DNA of 63,427 bases, filler included, from Cercozoa sp. M6MM (Eukaryota > Protista > Endomyxa: Ascetosporea): the NCBI GenBank assembly GCA_040357565.1. It is 6 parts of 6 records of this genome, joined end to end, with 100 filler letters (N's around TTAATTAATTAA, not from the genome) between each part and the next. Parts side by side here need not be neighbours in the genome. Positions count along the whole stretch, not along the records: positions 1 to 11,088 come from JBDODJ010000416.1; positions 11,189 to 24,299 come from JBDODJ010000366.1; 4 more parts are not named here. One strand, 5' to 3'. Every line of letters begins with the position of its first letter. Positions within the stretch are counted from its first letter, which is position 1. The notes below the pieces were generated by a model, which had not been told where the DNA came from, made no database searches, and saw only the letters and a program-made list of their open reading frames with translations. Of this stretch, positions 1-16,454 are shown one piece after another. Made by a program: the position numbers and the translations under genes.

Positions 1-2008
1 GGGGGGGGGGTAAAACACAGCGATACAGCAGCGCCGGCGACAGCAATGTCTTGCCGCAATTGCGATCGAGTCTCTCTCTGTACACAGTGTGGACGGTCCA
101 AATGGACGGTTCAAATGGACGGTCCAAATGGACGGTCCAAATGAACGGTTCAAATGGACGGTCCAAGACAGAGTGGTACCTGATTAAGGGCGCGTTCACG
201 TCGCTCCAGTTCGAGTTCGCGCTGTCGCAATTTCGCTTCTTTCTCGGACACTGCCCGGGTTCAAGAGGGTAGGGGGGTAAAGGGGGGGCAAAACTCGCAG
301 TACATTCGGCAGCGGCGGCCGCAGACAGCCTGACCGTGCCGTACTTTTTCTTGCGTTTCTTCTTCTCCTTCTTCTTGCGAGGCGTCTCCTTGCTGTCCGT
401 CTCTGGGGGGGGGGGGGCAAAGTGAGTAAGGGGTAAGTGAGTAAGGGGTATAGAAGAGAGCTACGGGATCGGAAGCTGCGCAAGGTGGCAGCCGAGGCAG
501 CGGCCTCGACCGTCTGATTGCGCTTGCGTCGCTCCGAGGCCAGACGAGACCTGTGTAGTCAAGGATACAACTCTGCCTGACTGTACTGAGGACAGCAGTA
601 ACAACATCCAACAGAAGCTGTACTCTTTGGCACGCTGGATGGCTTTCGTCCACTCCTTCATCTGTGTGTGTGTATGTGTATGTGTGTGTGTGCACTTTTA
701 ACATTGGACAAACGACACAAGCACAAGGTACAGATGAGATGTTGCGTGCACGGAAACTGTGTGTCTTCTGGTGCACTGTGATGCTCAACTCGAGCTCGCT
801 CTTCTGCTGGCACCAATGCACACATCACACACACACGCACACACGCACACTGCAGTTCTCCCTGTGTGGGACAGTAGCAAGCCAGTTCAGTTCAATCTTA
901 CCGGAGTTACAACAGTGGACGGATCGAGCAGCCAGATGCGGCCCGCCCTAAAAATCACCAACACATGGAGAGTGCACAACTACAGGTACGGCTCCTAAAC
1001 TGGACAAAGGAAAACGCACGGTTTTGAGTCGGTGCGCTCCTTGAGCCAGAACAAAAGATCGCCCTTGAGCACTGTCCAAAAGTCCGAAAATACAGCACAG
1101 GTCACGGGCAAAAATAAAGCACATAACTCACACAGAAAGCGCTTCTTCCAGCCGAACAGTTCCTTTTTGAGCAAGGTGCCGGTCCGTTCAGGTTGCAGGC
1201 CAAGCAGCGTGTTGGTTTTCGGCATGTTGCCGTACTGTCGGGAAAAGAGAGGGCAGTTTTCCCCGCACAGACAAAAGCAGAGCGAGCAAGAGGCCTACCG
1301 GCATGAGAACCGAGGTGCCGCTAGTGGCGGCCAGATCGTCATTGTCGGCCAGAACGCACGTGTTGGAGCGACCGCGGTGCTTCCACTCGGCAGCCTCCGG
1401 GAAGGCGGATTCATCGAGTGAGTCACTCGAGTTACTCGGCGAGTCTGACACACACAGCAGTATTGCCCTGCACAGGTACCGACGCTTGCACACAGCACGT
1501 GTACCTGAGACAACAGAGAAGGCACTCTTCGATCGTGCCGAGCGAGACATGAGTTGCTCGCGCTCCTCCAGAGTCAGGCCCTACAGACACCAGACCACCC
1601 TACCATATAGGTCTGCACACAGGCATAGCATGGTCGATACCGTGATGCTCTGGAGTTCGCGCAGGATCTGCGACTGCGCCGCGCCTGCTAGCACGCCGAA
1701 CTGCTGTCTGCACAAACAGATAGACTGCAACACACACACGCACACGTGTACATCCGAACGGCGAAAGGCTACAAGGCATGCCGGTCCATCGCGATGATGG
1801 CACTGCCATTGACGCTGCGCATCACGAGTGCGTCGACCGCTTCCTCCGGGATGCCTCTAGACCTGCGAACACAGAGCCACATCTGTCTTGTCTGAGTCTC
1901 CCTTTGCCGACTGTGTCTCTCTGAGAGAGAAACGGCAGCAGTGTACCTCAGCAGATCGGCGACTTCGGTTGACGACATCTGCGCCATGCCGGTTACGCTT
2001 AACGTCAT
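1..2008 (-). CDS. SAM + PH domain protein, multi-exon, 3' end runs off the window
   Basis: Spliced exons give a SAM-like segment (MAQMSSTEVADLLR..GIPEEAVDALVMRSVNGSAIIAMD..QILRELQSI), a PH domain (RTGTLLKKELFGWKKRF/VLKGDLLFWLKE..GRIWL..HSFRARN..MKEWTKAIQRA), then a Lys-rich stretch and coiled coil (EAKLRQRELELERRERAL). Confidence 0.7.
91..166. repeat. intronic 13-bp minisatellite (GGACGGT[CT]CAAAT)n, about 6 copies
   Basis: Directly visible tandem array inside an intron of the SAM-PH gene. Confidence 0.9.
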
Positions 2009-2595
2009 GTCAGTTGTGGTCGTGATCACTTAGTCTCCGACGCTGAACTCGCTGCCTTCTTGGCTGTGATCTTGTGATGCCGAACAATCGAAATGCTATC
2101 AGCGATGCGCGTTGGCCAACTCTGTGGGAAGCAAACGCCGCTGATGCAATCACAAGGTTTAACTAACCGCCGCTCGCGCTTGCGTAGCAGTGTGTCCACT
2201 CTTTTGTGAAGCTGCCTGCACACCTAAGTGCGAAGCAATCGCGTGCTAAACGGGCGGCTACACTACCATTTGTCCTGCGCGTACCGTCCAATCGTTCATT
2301 TTCAATCTGATCGTTTTTGATCAAAAGCAACTGATCCGCGTTCTGCTGATAGCATTTTGGGTGCGTTTCGGTCGTAAAGAATACTGGTATTGAATTCGCG
2401 AATTGTCTTCCGTTTGGTTCTAAACACAAAGAAGATCGTCAAACATGTTTTTTTTTAAAGTTGCAAGATGCAAGTGCAAGCGCGTGAACCTGTGCAGCGC
2501 TGTGTTACTGGTTTTAGTTTATGCTAGTAGCCAGGCAGGCCATCAGAACACTGCAACGCTACAACTTGAAGAAATTGCAACTTCGATCGCTTTCA

Positions 2596-5001
<2,406 letters not shown>

Positions 5002-5183
5002 CCGTTTCACCGTTTCAACGTCAAGTTATCGTATACTAACCTAACGTAACGGGAGTCGAGTCGAGTGGGAATACGATGAAAAATCAGTGCACAAGAAAGT
5101 CAGCAGCGGCAGCACACGCCACGAATGCGTTGCACGACGCGTGCCGCTCGTGCGTGTCCAAGTAGGCGCACTGGACCTCCGAG

Positions 5184-6921
5184 TCAGCTATGCAAGGCCA
5201 TGAGATACACTAGTGCACCAGTACGTCCAAAAGTACGCGCATCAGTACGGTGTGAGTGTGTGCAACACAAATGAAGTGTACTGGAGGAGAGTCGGCGGAG
5301 TTGCTGCACGAAGTGGCGTGGTGTGCCGCGTGACTCGGCACCAACGAGACAGAACTGCACGGGACGCTGCGTGCTGACTTGGTGCAAGGGCTGTGCCCAC
5401 CTGTGTCGAAAGAGTTTTTGGTATGTCATAGTTTGTGCCAATTGGACCGAGGCTACCCTTCGACAGTCTCGACGAGAACAGCACCGGCAGCGGCATTCTG
5501 CTCGAGTGCTCGCACAAAGTCGGCAGTGGTACTCTGCAGGACCTGCGTGCCATGTCGCTGCAGTCGCTCGACGAAAGCTGAGTCGACACTGTTGTAAATG
5601 TCATCCACACTGTCAGTGTTGACATGACGGATCGTGTCAACAATCCGCGAGAGCTGTCTGTCGTCTAGTGGACCTACCCATGATGGGATAAATACAACTA
5701 TAGAGTACACAGGCAGAAATACAGCACCTGAACACATGTGTCGATGTCGCCACAACTCGCCTCCGCAGGCACTGCGCACCTTGGCACACGTGCCTTTGAC
5801 GTGCACGTTCACTTCGGTCTTCATGCATCGTTCACTGGCAAAGTCTCCCGTCAACAACTCCCCCCACAAGAATGAAGAAACAAAAGAAGACACGTGTGCA
5901 GCAGCAGAATGGCCGGCAGGGAGAGTGAGCGAGCCATCTGTAGCACAGCGGCCACGTTGGATGCATGCGTCCAGCCCACGCACTAAACATGGGAGAATCA
6001 TGCCTCCCCCAGACAATAGTAGTCTATGGTAGTCACTGACTGTGTACCACTGGTATCACAAGAGGTCTCTTGTCCTCACGCCTCGACTCTAGACTAATAC
6101 TGTGCTGACCGATGACGGAGCGGTGCAGAGCGACACCGGCCACAGCAACGGGTTCCAGGAAGAAACTCCCCGTGTCCTGCCAAATGTCCTTATATATATA
6201 TATACCTACGATATACATATTTATGTAGATATATATAAATGTATGTATATCGTATAGATACAGAAACCCGTTGAACCGACCTCAATCAAACAGATCGGAG
6301 CTTCTGGTGACTCTCGCGAGTGATGCAAATCCTTCCAGTTTCGCGTGTCGACCAGGCCATCTGCAGCACGCTAACTCAGTCCAAACAGTCAGAAGAGAGA
6401 ACAAAAGCACTCCCTACCATGCTGCTGGCACAGTTGTTCGAACTCATCGGGCGTGATGCAGAAGATCGGCATTGTGTTCTGCGGCGGCTGCGCTGGCTGC
6501 GTCACCACGCTCTGCAGCTCGTCCACCGACAGTGACACCTGCGACAGCCCACATTTCACATGCACATCTCCATGCGTATTTATAGAAATAAATGTTTAGT
6601 GTGCTCATGTACCTTCACAAGATCCGTGCGGAAAGAAAAAGTGCCGGCGCCACAAATCAGTCGTCGTCGCTTCTCCGACTCGTGCCAGTAGCTGTGCGGA
6701 TCCGCGCGGATGTGGAGAAACGCTCGTGAGCCAAAATTCAGAGCCGCGCGGACGAGCATCCCGACATGGCGCGCATCCTCTGCAGCGCTAGCCAGGATCG
6801 GCGTGTTCCCTGGGCATACATACACTGTCAAAAATAAAGAAAAAACGTGGGGAAACGACGCACGAAAACGCAGCGAATCGCCGAGTCTTCTGGCCACAAA
6901 GATAGCCGTCTTTGTGTCCAT
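5184..6921 (-). CDS. hypothetical protein, multi-exon
   Basis: Series of GC-rich exon-like blocks flanked by AG/GT, from MDTKTAIFVARRLG to ..VERLQRHGTQVLQSTTADFVRALEQ..; no family recognised; 3' end approximate. Confidence 0.55.
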
Positions 6922-7062
6922 AGACCGTTAAACACAGAATTAAGTCTACTCGAGTGCGCACGCACTCTATTAATGCTGCCTAGAAATCCTTGAAATACGT
7001 TAAATTGAACTGACTGGCGGGAGAGTCCCACGCCTACTGACATTCCCAAGGAGGCTGATGGC

Positions 7063-10000
7063 TTATAAATGCGACATCTCGGCTTGAGGCCAGGCAGGAA
7101 GTTCGCCTTGCGAAGTCAGCTCATGTCCAAACATTCTGTAACAACACCAATACCACAGCACACAGCAAAGTTGTATTCTACTGCAGACAGTTTGAAAGTA
7201 CCCCAGAAGGTCCAGAACAACGCCGTTGGACCAACCGAAGCCGTGTTGCGCTTCGTACTCACCTCCAACACCGTCTATGCGTTGGCAATCCACAGGTTAC
7301 TTCAGCGGCTTGAGTTCAAACTGTAGGGGGCAGAAACTACGCTGTCCCAGGCGCGTTGCGTCCATTTTCTCGTGCATCTGGCCGTCTCTTTTGAAAGCAA
7401 CTGCGATCAACACTCGTACCGATGCAAACAGACGAGGAAACAGAAAGCACAATACCGTGGTTACTTCGAACCCAGCGCGAAGCGAGTGCCAGAGCTACAG
7501 TCAAGTTGGAGAGTAAAGAAAAGTGTAAACACAAGCAGAACGAAAAAGCACCGAACTGACGCGACTTGGGTGTGTCAATTTGCAGTGCTGCTTCTACGAG
7601 CAGGTGCTGTCTGTACACATACATAGGACGCTCAGGAAAATTCGTCCAACAACGCAAGGTACAAGGGAGCCCAGGCATTCGGAAAGTCCCATTGCTGTCC
7701 AGTTTCCTGCAGTCGATCGGTCCAGCGAAAGTAGTGCACGAAAAGGCAGCAACATCAGCTGTACCGTGTTATGGAACAGTGTAGTGGCAACACCAGCTTC
7801 TTGCACCAGTCTCTAAGTTTCAGTTTGCGCAAGTCAAGCCCAACTTTGAGTCACTTTTCAAAAAATAAGCTTCAGTTTTAATTTACCGAAGAAAGCAACT
7901 CGTCCAACACTCGGTCCGGATCGAGATTCTGCACACAAGACAATTGGTCAAAAACCCTTCCAAACCACAAAACCCTTCCGAACCAGGAGTAAAGCACCTC
8001 AGAATGGCACCCGTGCCACAAAGGCAAAAAACTCGCAATCGACGCTGGTCTGTCGATTCGCTTGCCATCCGCGCGGATGTCTTGCCACTGCAATTGATCA
8101 AAACTGAGTAGATTTCGATCCTTGGAGAGCTGGATTACAAATGCGCCATTAAACATGGTTTCAACGGCAGAAACGCGTTCTTTTCGTTTGCGTCGCCAGA
8201 ACGAGGTTTGTGCAGGTGCGACACTACCAGTTTTTTTTAATCAGAGGGAAGGGTTCGAAAAGAGCGAAACCACACATTTGAGAGAACTCGGCGAGAACCT
8301 GTTCGCTTCGACAGAGAAATACTTGCAGTTCTGCAAAGAATCAAACGTGTCCATACAGTACTAAACTACAGCACACCTTACCAACAGGCACCACATCGGC
8401 GGTCTCAATTGTGGCCAGATCGGTTAGGTCCGTATTCCAACTGCACACTCGCACAGTCATAAATTTACTTTCACCACAATCAGGTTTCACCCAACTCTAG
8501 GAAAATACCGGCCCGAAAAGTCCCAACCTGATTCGGCACCCGCCTGCGTATACTGGAGTACAATAACGACACTGTTTGTGTCGTGTAGTACCTGCAGGTG
8601 CATATAGACTCGTTCTTTGTTGTCGCTGTCTAAAGCAGTTTCGACATCTTCTGCGTGCGACTCTGGGCGCGGGTCAAATGTGCCACTGCTCAGCAGTCGA
8701 GGATATCGATGAAACGAGCAACCTGTGAGTGTATACCGAATGCGACCGTAGTGTTGCATCTTGTGTCCTGTAGACAAAAACACACACACACACACAGCGA
8801 TCAAACACACACCCAAGTAGCCTTCATCAATCACCGTTGACATCGATTGTTCTGCCGCCGTTGGCATCACTTGCGTACCTGTTCGGTAGGAAAGATTCCA
8901 AGGGTAGGTCAAGGAAGTAAGGAAAGCCCAAATATAACGAACACTACCAGAACTGCATCTCTTTGACCAGTTGCGGAAATACGGCAGTCACGAATTCTCG
9001 TTTCTGCTGCGTTTCGTCCAAAGCATCGTACACGAGTTTCGCCATCTCACTCAGCAAAGGGGGCTGCGAACGGTTGCTGAGGTAGGTGCGCGCACCATTG
9101 GGCACTGAGGTTTCGCCACAGTTCATTAAATAATCAAGAAACGATGAATGAAAGAAGTTTAAAAACAAAACTACCATAGTCGAAACGATCGACGAAATCG
9201 GCGAGATTCTCGACCAACTGGCGCGCCGCCTCGACTGAGTGAAAGTTCAGTCGCGGGAACAACACGTAAAATGCAGAGTCAGTTAACTGATACCCAGACC
9301 AGAACGAATCAGTCCACGAATGATCCACGTGGTGTCCCTAATTATAGTTCAGTCACGCATACCATAGGAGAGAGGGAGCTAAAAAGCCCAGTGTACCAGT
9401 AGAACAACTCGCGGAAACGTTCGCCAGGCACTGTGATGAATGCGTGTTTCGTCGGCAGCAACGAAAAGCGTGAGGGCATTTCTCTCACCTGAGGCGACAC
9501 CTTGCGAGACAACGTCCGCCTATTTCACGAGAAAGAGAGAGAGGGAGAGTGTTCCTACAGTCTCGCAGTATCAGTGTCAGTACCACAGCGAGTGCAGCTC
9601 TTCGGCGAATCGCTGGTAGCGTACGTCACGAATGGCGGCAACAAAAGCAGTCGGCGGCAGTGCCGTGAATCCCGGCGGAGCTGCAGGCAGCAGTTCAACA
9701 CTCTCGCTAGTGTCCAGGTAGAAGTTGTCCTGTCAGTCACCATCACATACGTAATGTTACACCCTTCCATCCAGTTGATTCAGTTAGAGAACCATACCTC
9801 AACAAAGCCCACGACTTCTTCATTCGACGGTTCGTGGGGCAGCTGTTCGAACGCTCTCAGGACATCTTGCGGCGACTTGCGCAACGGTAAATCCACGAAA
9901 CTGAGTCACATTCCCCCCTGTCATAAACATCAGCATCGGACTGATCCAATGTTTACGTTTTTGAGTCGTTGAACATGCCTGTGTGGTGCACAGCCTCAAG

Positions 10001-10252
10001 GATCGCATTGTTGCAGTGCACAGAACACGAGTCTTCGAGTCGTGGGATTTCCTGCGGCAAGTGAAGAAATAAATTGATCCCAAGCATGAAACAGCTCATC
10101 GATACGATCACTATGTCTTCATCGAGCACGAACTCCGACCTTGAGGACAGCCAGACCACCAGGAGTGAAGGAAGCACCACGAAACACGCGAAAAGCAGCG
10201 CAAACAGCGAGATCTCTCGCTGCAGGCGCAACTTCATCACCGAGTCGAGCAT
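7063..10252 (-). CDS. TREH: trehalase (GH37) with N-terminal signal anchor
   Basis: DSKTFVD, VPGERFRELFYWDT, VPNGARTYLSNRSQPPLL, PRPES, AGAESGWDFSGR, GGEYEAQHGFGWSNGVVL; hydrophobic SLFALLFACFVVLPSLLVVWL near the N-terminus. Confidence 0.95.
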
Positions 10253-10597
10253 TTTACAAATTGTGCGCCACTGCCCAACAGCACGCACAAGATTCGTGAC
10301 GCTTAATATGCAGTGTGTTCGAGTGCCTTTTCTGCGTGATCGCCGCGCGTGCGTGACCCTGGCCTCAGGCGAGTGGTGAAGCGTTTGACTGATTTTGATC
10401 AGTGATTGATGCTGGGTCGTTGCATGTCAAGAGATGGAGTGTTTTCCCTCGTGCAACCAATCACTTCGTTTCGTTAGATCTGCAGTGCGCACAAGTGGGT
10501 TCTTGGATTTAACACCTGTGCAGGGCCGAGCGTTAGTCTGACAACTCTGGGACCCTATCTGGAGTAGCTTTCACTTTCAATCGTGCTGACGCATCGA

Positions 10598-10996
10598 ATG
10601 GGCGTGTGTGCTTCTCGGAGCGAGCATGTCACCGACGGTGATGCTGGCAGGCACTGCGACACTAGTGTTGCCATTTGCACCTACCAAGATGACCATGCTA
10701 ACAAAGACGACGTCGATGTTTCGATGCCAAGCTTCCTTCGCTTTTGTAACATCAGCACACTACATTGCTTCCTGTTTCTCGTATCTAGTCATCGTTTCGA
10801 TGCTGCACCGGTGTAGTGCGAGACAACACAGTGTCCGGCCAGTTTGTGTCGCCTTTCTTTGCTGGTGACACTGACCTTCCGAACCAGGGCAACACGCCGG
10901 TGATTTACGCCGACTGGACTGCCAGTGGTCGGGCTCTGCGCTGCATCGAACGCACCGTTGCTACGTACCAAAGTTACTCGTGTGTGTGTGTGTGTA

Positions 10997-11029
<33 letters not shown>

Positions 11030-11042
11030 GTGTGTGTGTGCA

Positions 11043-11088
<46 letters not shown>
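10598..11088 (+). CDS. class V aminotransferase / cysteine desulfurase-like protein, 5' fragment cut by contig end
   Basis: IYADWTASGRALRCIE motif typical of this PLP-enzyme subfamily; N-terminal MGVCAS (possible myristoylation). Confidence 0.7.
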
Positions 11089-11188
11089 NNNNNNNNNNNN
11101 NNNNNNNNNNNNNNNNNNNNNNNNNNNNNNNNTTAATTAATTAANNNNNNNNNNNNNNNNNNNNNNNNNNNNNNNNNNNNNNNNNNNN
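11089..11188. other. artificial contig spacer (N-TTAATTAATTAA-N)
   Basis: Identical 100-nt spacer with a stop-codon linker; also at 24300-24399, 29447-29546, 47854-47953, 60020-60119. Confidence 0.97.
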
Positions 11189-11236
<48 letters not shown>

Positions 11237-11318
11237 CACACACAACACACACACAACACACACACACACACACAACACACACACACACACACAACACACA
11301 CACACACAGGCAAGGAAA

Positions 11319-14300
11319 CCTCCAGGAAGTCGACACCGTAGTTGTTGTGCTCGTCAATACCCTGTCAACGCAGCAAGTGCATACGAGAACAGAGACAGAA
11401 ACAACACACCGTCGCGATCGTCAGCACGTTCGGGTCGAAAATGATGTCGCACGCTGGCATGCCCACCTGCAATGGGATCAAAACGTACAGGAACAAGAGA
11501 AAAAAACACGTAAGATGAAAGGTACGAGAGGCGACGTGAGAATGCGGAAGGCACGTTGACAGATGCGTACCTGTACGCATCACCCGGCATCGGCATGACG
11601 CAGGCACACTTGGTGCAAACGCACCTTATCGTAGGCAGAGGCAGCCTGGCCTTCCTCATCGAACGCCATCACCACTGCACAAGCACACACGAGACACGTC
11701 CACCCACAGGACAGAACGTAGAACGCGCGTTTGGGACAACCGCACCGACAGCACAGCCAAAGGCGCGGAGACTAAACACAAGACGTGCACAACACAGGCA
11801 CACAATGAACCAATATGAGATGGTACCGACGAGCCTGACGAATAAACTCCTCGACACCGACCTGCGCACGCAGTAAAAAGCAGATACGATACAAAACAAA
11901 CAAGATGGGGGGGGGGACGCGGGAGACCTTGAGCGAGATCGAGTTGACAACGGAACGGCCCTATGATAGCGTTGTTTTCGTTCTTTCAAACAGGCAGGCG
12001 CAGAGCCAGGCACAAGACAGACTAACCTGGAGGCACTTGAGGCCAGCAATGACGACATCAAAGCGCGAGGAGTCCACGACCTAGTCATGGGATAACATTT
12101 CCAGTAGCCAAGAGGAAGGACAGAGGGTACCACAGGAACACGAGCGACGTCGGGTTCCGACATTAGCCTGTGTTGAGCAACATAGTCGCATACACTAATG
12201 AGCAGATTAAGAAAAGGCTACAAGTTCAAGAAACGCGTCATGGCAGACTTGCCGTCTACGAGACCGTCGTCCACCTGTGAAGGGAAAGTGAAGGCTAAGG
12301 GTTCGACGGCCAGGTAATGACAATGAAGGTATACATTGACGTCGAGCATTTGTGCACCAGCATCGATCTGCTTGGCAGCCACTGCCACGGCGTCTTGGAA
12401 GCTGCGCAACGTGGGGTCGCGATAAGCGACACAAGTTGGCAGGCCATATTGAATCTGTACCGACCATCACAGACCATTTTCTTGAAGCGACGACTGCCGG
12501 CAATGTTGCAGCGTTCTGGACACAAAAGCAGCAGTAGACATTGAGAAACTGAGGGTGCCACTGTTGAGCCGACTGATACCACCGATGTTGACAAAGTTCA
12601 GTGTCGGAGTGTGATGCAGCATCTCGAGACCGCTCGTACGCAGGTAGGGATCCACCGCCGTTGGCAGCTCGCGCAGTGCCACACCCTACAGCGCACTCCC
12701 AGAGAACAATACAGCCACGCCATTTCCTTCCTCATCCAAGAGAACGGTACCGAAGCCAGAAGTTTCTTCGCCTTATCAGCCATGGCACCGATGTGCTCGG
12801 GCGAGGTACCACAACACCCACCGAGCATGTTGACACATCGTGCATCCACAAAGGTGCGCACTTCCTGTCAGACACATGCGGTGGAACACACACACACACA
12901 TACACACACACACACACACACACATACACACACATACACACACACGAGATAGTACAATGCTAGGAAGGGCACACCTCAGCAAAGGCAGTTGGCAATTGGT
13001 CGTACTCTCCCATCAGGTTCGGCAGACTGTGGACACATGCATGCACACACACACACCTACGCGGGCAGATCGAATGCTACCCGGCGTTCGGGTACGCGTG
13101 CACATAGCAGTTCGCCAGTGTGGACTGTCCACAGACACACACAATTGGTACGCCAGCACAGAAATGTAGGACTGAGAAGAAGCTACAAGACGTTCGGCGT
13201 AGGGACGCATGTCCTCGGCACCAAGAGCGCAGTTCAAACCGATGCAGAAAGGACGAGAGTGCTACATACAGTCACACACAATCTGTATAACAAGCACAGT
13301 AGCCTGGTATACCATGACAGAGGTCCAGAATGCCTCGATCGTCTGGCCTGACAGCGTGCGACCACTCCTGTCAAAACAAGAATGATGACGATGTGGCGGT
13401 AGGTTTGTCTAAATGCGGTGTGAGGTGTACTTGTCGACGATGGTGCCAGAAATAAACAGCGGCTTGCGCTCACCGCGTTGCTACAACGCAACCTCTCGGA
13501 GTCCGTCAAGAGTGAAAGTAGTTTGGGAACAAAGGAAGTAGGAAACGCACCTCGGCGACGTCGTTGATGGCGAGAAGCGCGGCCTTGGCGTTCAGCGTGT
13601 CGAAGATGGTCTCGACCAGCAGCACATCCGCACCTCCTGCACGGCATTGTAACAACGCGTGGCGTGCATATAGAAGCAGGGCGTACCCTCGTATAGAGCG
13701 TCAACTTGGACCTTGTAGGCCTCATAGGCCTCGTCGAACGTCATGCCGCGAGCACCTACACCCGGAACAGCTACAGCTTCATCAAGGTGATTTTAATGGT
13801 TTGAGTACCAGGGTCCTCGACGGACGGCGAAATCGACAGCGTGCGGTTCATCGGACCAATGCTACCAGCCACCTACGCGACGGCAGCCTCAACTCTAGCG
13901 TCCGCGGAGAACGATGACTAGTGGGTGAAAGCAAATTACCAGGCGACGGTTGCCATCCTCTTGCTCGGCAATGTCACAGGCCTACTCCACAGTGCAGGAT
14001 ACCACAGACAGCAGACAAACAAACGAAAACGGCACCTCACGGGCGACTTTGCAAGCAGCGAGGTTAATCTCCACGGCCTCGTCGTTGCCCATGCCTTAAA
14101 GGTACGCAGACAACACCAGCGCTAAACCCACAAGACAACGGTCAGACGCACAAAGGTGTGTACCATAGTCAGCGAGCGAAATGCACTGCGCGTTGAACGT
14201 GTCCGTTTCGACTGCAAACACACTCACTTCTGTCTGCAGAAGTCTCATCCTCGTTAAGGTGGCATACCCATGTCAGCGCCACCACGCAGGTAGGCCAAGT

Positions 14301-14789
14301 GGATTTCACGAATGATGTCTGGCTTGGTGATCGGAAGCAGATCATTGTTGCCCTTGAGATCACTGTGCAGCCAACAGCGATATTATACGCAGACAACAGA
14401 TAGAATGGTGCGTTGTACGATGGCCAGTCAGCGAAGCGTTCACCACGGTAATCACTCTCCTCAAGCTTGTGGCGCTGAATCATCGTGCCTGCGGGCACAC
14501 TGCAAGTCAACGATGATGGCGGAGACACGAAATCGCAGTACCCATAGCGCCGTCCAAAATGAGCAACCGGTGCGACATAACTGAGTGCAAGTACTCGAAC
14601 ACCTGCCATAGAATTCAACAAGACCAACGCATGTCTTCGACAAAGGACATGTGAGCAAGTGAGTACCTCGCTGTCCACGGGCTGCACCGGGAACAACTTC
14701 GCCAGTTCCTCCAGATCGTCGCACATCGCCTCCGGTACCCATTGATTCGGCTTGGGGCCATCCTTGCCAGTGTTCACAGTCATCTTCAT
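11319..14789 (-). CDS. MTR: cobalamin-dependent methionine synthase (MetH), Hcy-binding and pterin domains; 3' part lost at contig end
   Basis: [128 protein letters not shown]. Confidence 0.97.
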
Positions 14790-15214
14790 TCTCTACAAAG
14801 AAACGTCGATGGTGACTGCTGACCAATCCGATCAAGGACCAACGACTTGGCAAAAAACATCAGGAATTTCGCAAGTTGGGAAGTATGTCAATCAAAATTA
14901 TGCACAAACACGTAAAAGCCAACAAGCATGCGCTTACACATGCCCGTGCGCATACGGAACAAAATAAAACAGAACAGATTTTTCACGCCAGTGGATTTTG
15001 TGATAGTAAATACCCTCTAATTGTGCTAAACCGCGCTAGACTACTAGTAGACCAGCTTTTACTACCTGACAGTTCATTCAACCGGCTCAAAGCGTCCCTG
15101 AGCAGTACATTCCGTGTTTATCGTTTGCATGTTTGGACGCCCTGAGTCAATTTTGTCTTCGCTGTACTACTGTACACTCACAGAGCGTTTTGGAGATATC
15201 TTCTTGTGCGCACC

Positions 15215-16359
15215 ATGATGCAACCATTACGTAGTGTTGCCCGTAGCGTGGGTCGCAGGCATATCCGTCCTCTGAGCGCGCACAGTGACAATCAAGATAT
15301 AAATGAGAAGGAATTGACGCCCCTCAAAGTTGTGGAGCAGCTCGACCAGTTCATTGTGGGCCAATACGATGCGAAAAAGCAACTTGCCATCGCCCTCCGT
15401 GAGCGCTACCGTCGACAGCAGCTGCCGCGTACCCAGCCAGTTTGTTCTGAGGTGTGGTGTTGCACCGTTGTGCGTTTGTAGAGGACTGGCAACGTGAGAT
15501 TCTGCCGAACAACATTTTGATGTCGGGTCCCACGGTACCGTTCTCATGGCACTTGCTTTCACTTATTCGGCTATGCGTTGTGGTGCAGGGTGTTGGCAAA
15601 ACCGAAATTGCCCGTCGTTTGGCTCGTTTGTCTGACGCGCCGTTCACCAAGGTAGCCACTGCTTGTAGCCACTGCTTGGCTATCTCTGTTTTAGTTTATC
15701 GTGTTGACAGACGGAGGCAACACGGTACACTGAAGTAGGTATCGTCGGCACCGACTTGACCCAGGTGCGCTCATTTTTTCAATCTCTGTCTCTTTGTCTG
15801 GTATCTGTACCCCTTAGTCTACATCTTGTCTTGTGTGGCACAGTGCATCACAGATCTGGCTCACGCTGCCAAGCAGCTTGAAATGTACATCTTGTTCCAA
15901 ACTAACGTGCTCTGGCTGTGAAATTTTGACTGTTTTTGCAGCGAGAAAGCACGTCGTCGCCACAAGAAGGCCATTGAAGACATGGTACAGTAGACACGTT
16001 TTGACATTGCTCTCAAAACACTGCACTGAAACTCAGGTGAACCGAGAGCTCGCCGATGCTTTAACGAATGCAATGAACGGTGATTAAGTCGTGTTTCTTT
16101 TTTCGTTGACCTCTTTCATTTCCTCTCAACAGGCACCTCGTCGGTTCAGCGTCGACACATGCTGGAACGCCGTGAATTAGAGGGTACGCATTGGTCCAAT
16201 TCAATGTACCTTCTTATGACAGAGTTTAGACCACATGGTGACATTGGATCCGCCGCGCGTTTCGCCGGCTTTCGCCGGTGGCGCTCCGCCCTCGCAGAAT
16301 GTACCATTTGTCAACGTGTATATATATACATATATGTATATTATATGTATATATATATA

Positions 16360-16454
<95 letters not shown>

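Noticed and set aside
91-166. Short direct-repeat arrays as CRISPR
   Set aside because: Head-to-tail units without unique spacers, inside eukaryotic introns, with no cas genes.
11089-11188. TTAATTAATTAA palindrome within N runs, five times
   Set aside because: Artificial contig linker; genes across it cannot be assumed to be adjacent, and the truncations are assembly breaks at (TG)n or poly-C tracts, not pseudogenes.
14790-15214. Cobalamin riboswitch upstream of MetH
   Set aside because: No B12-box or conserved core recognisable.
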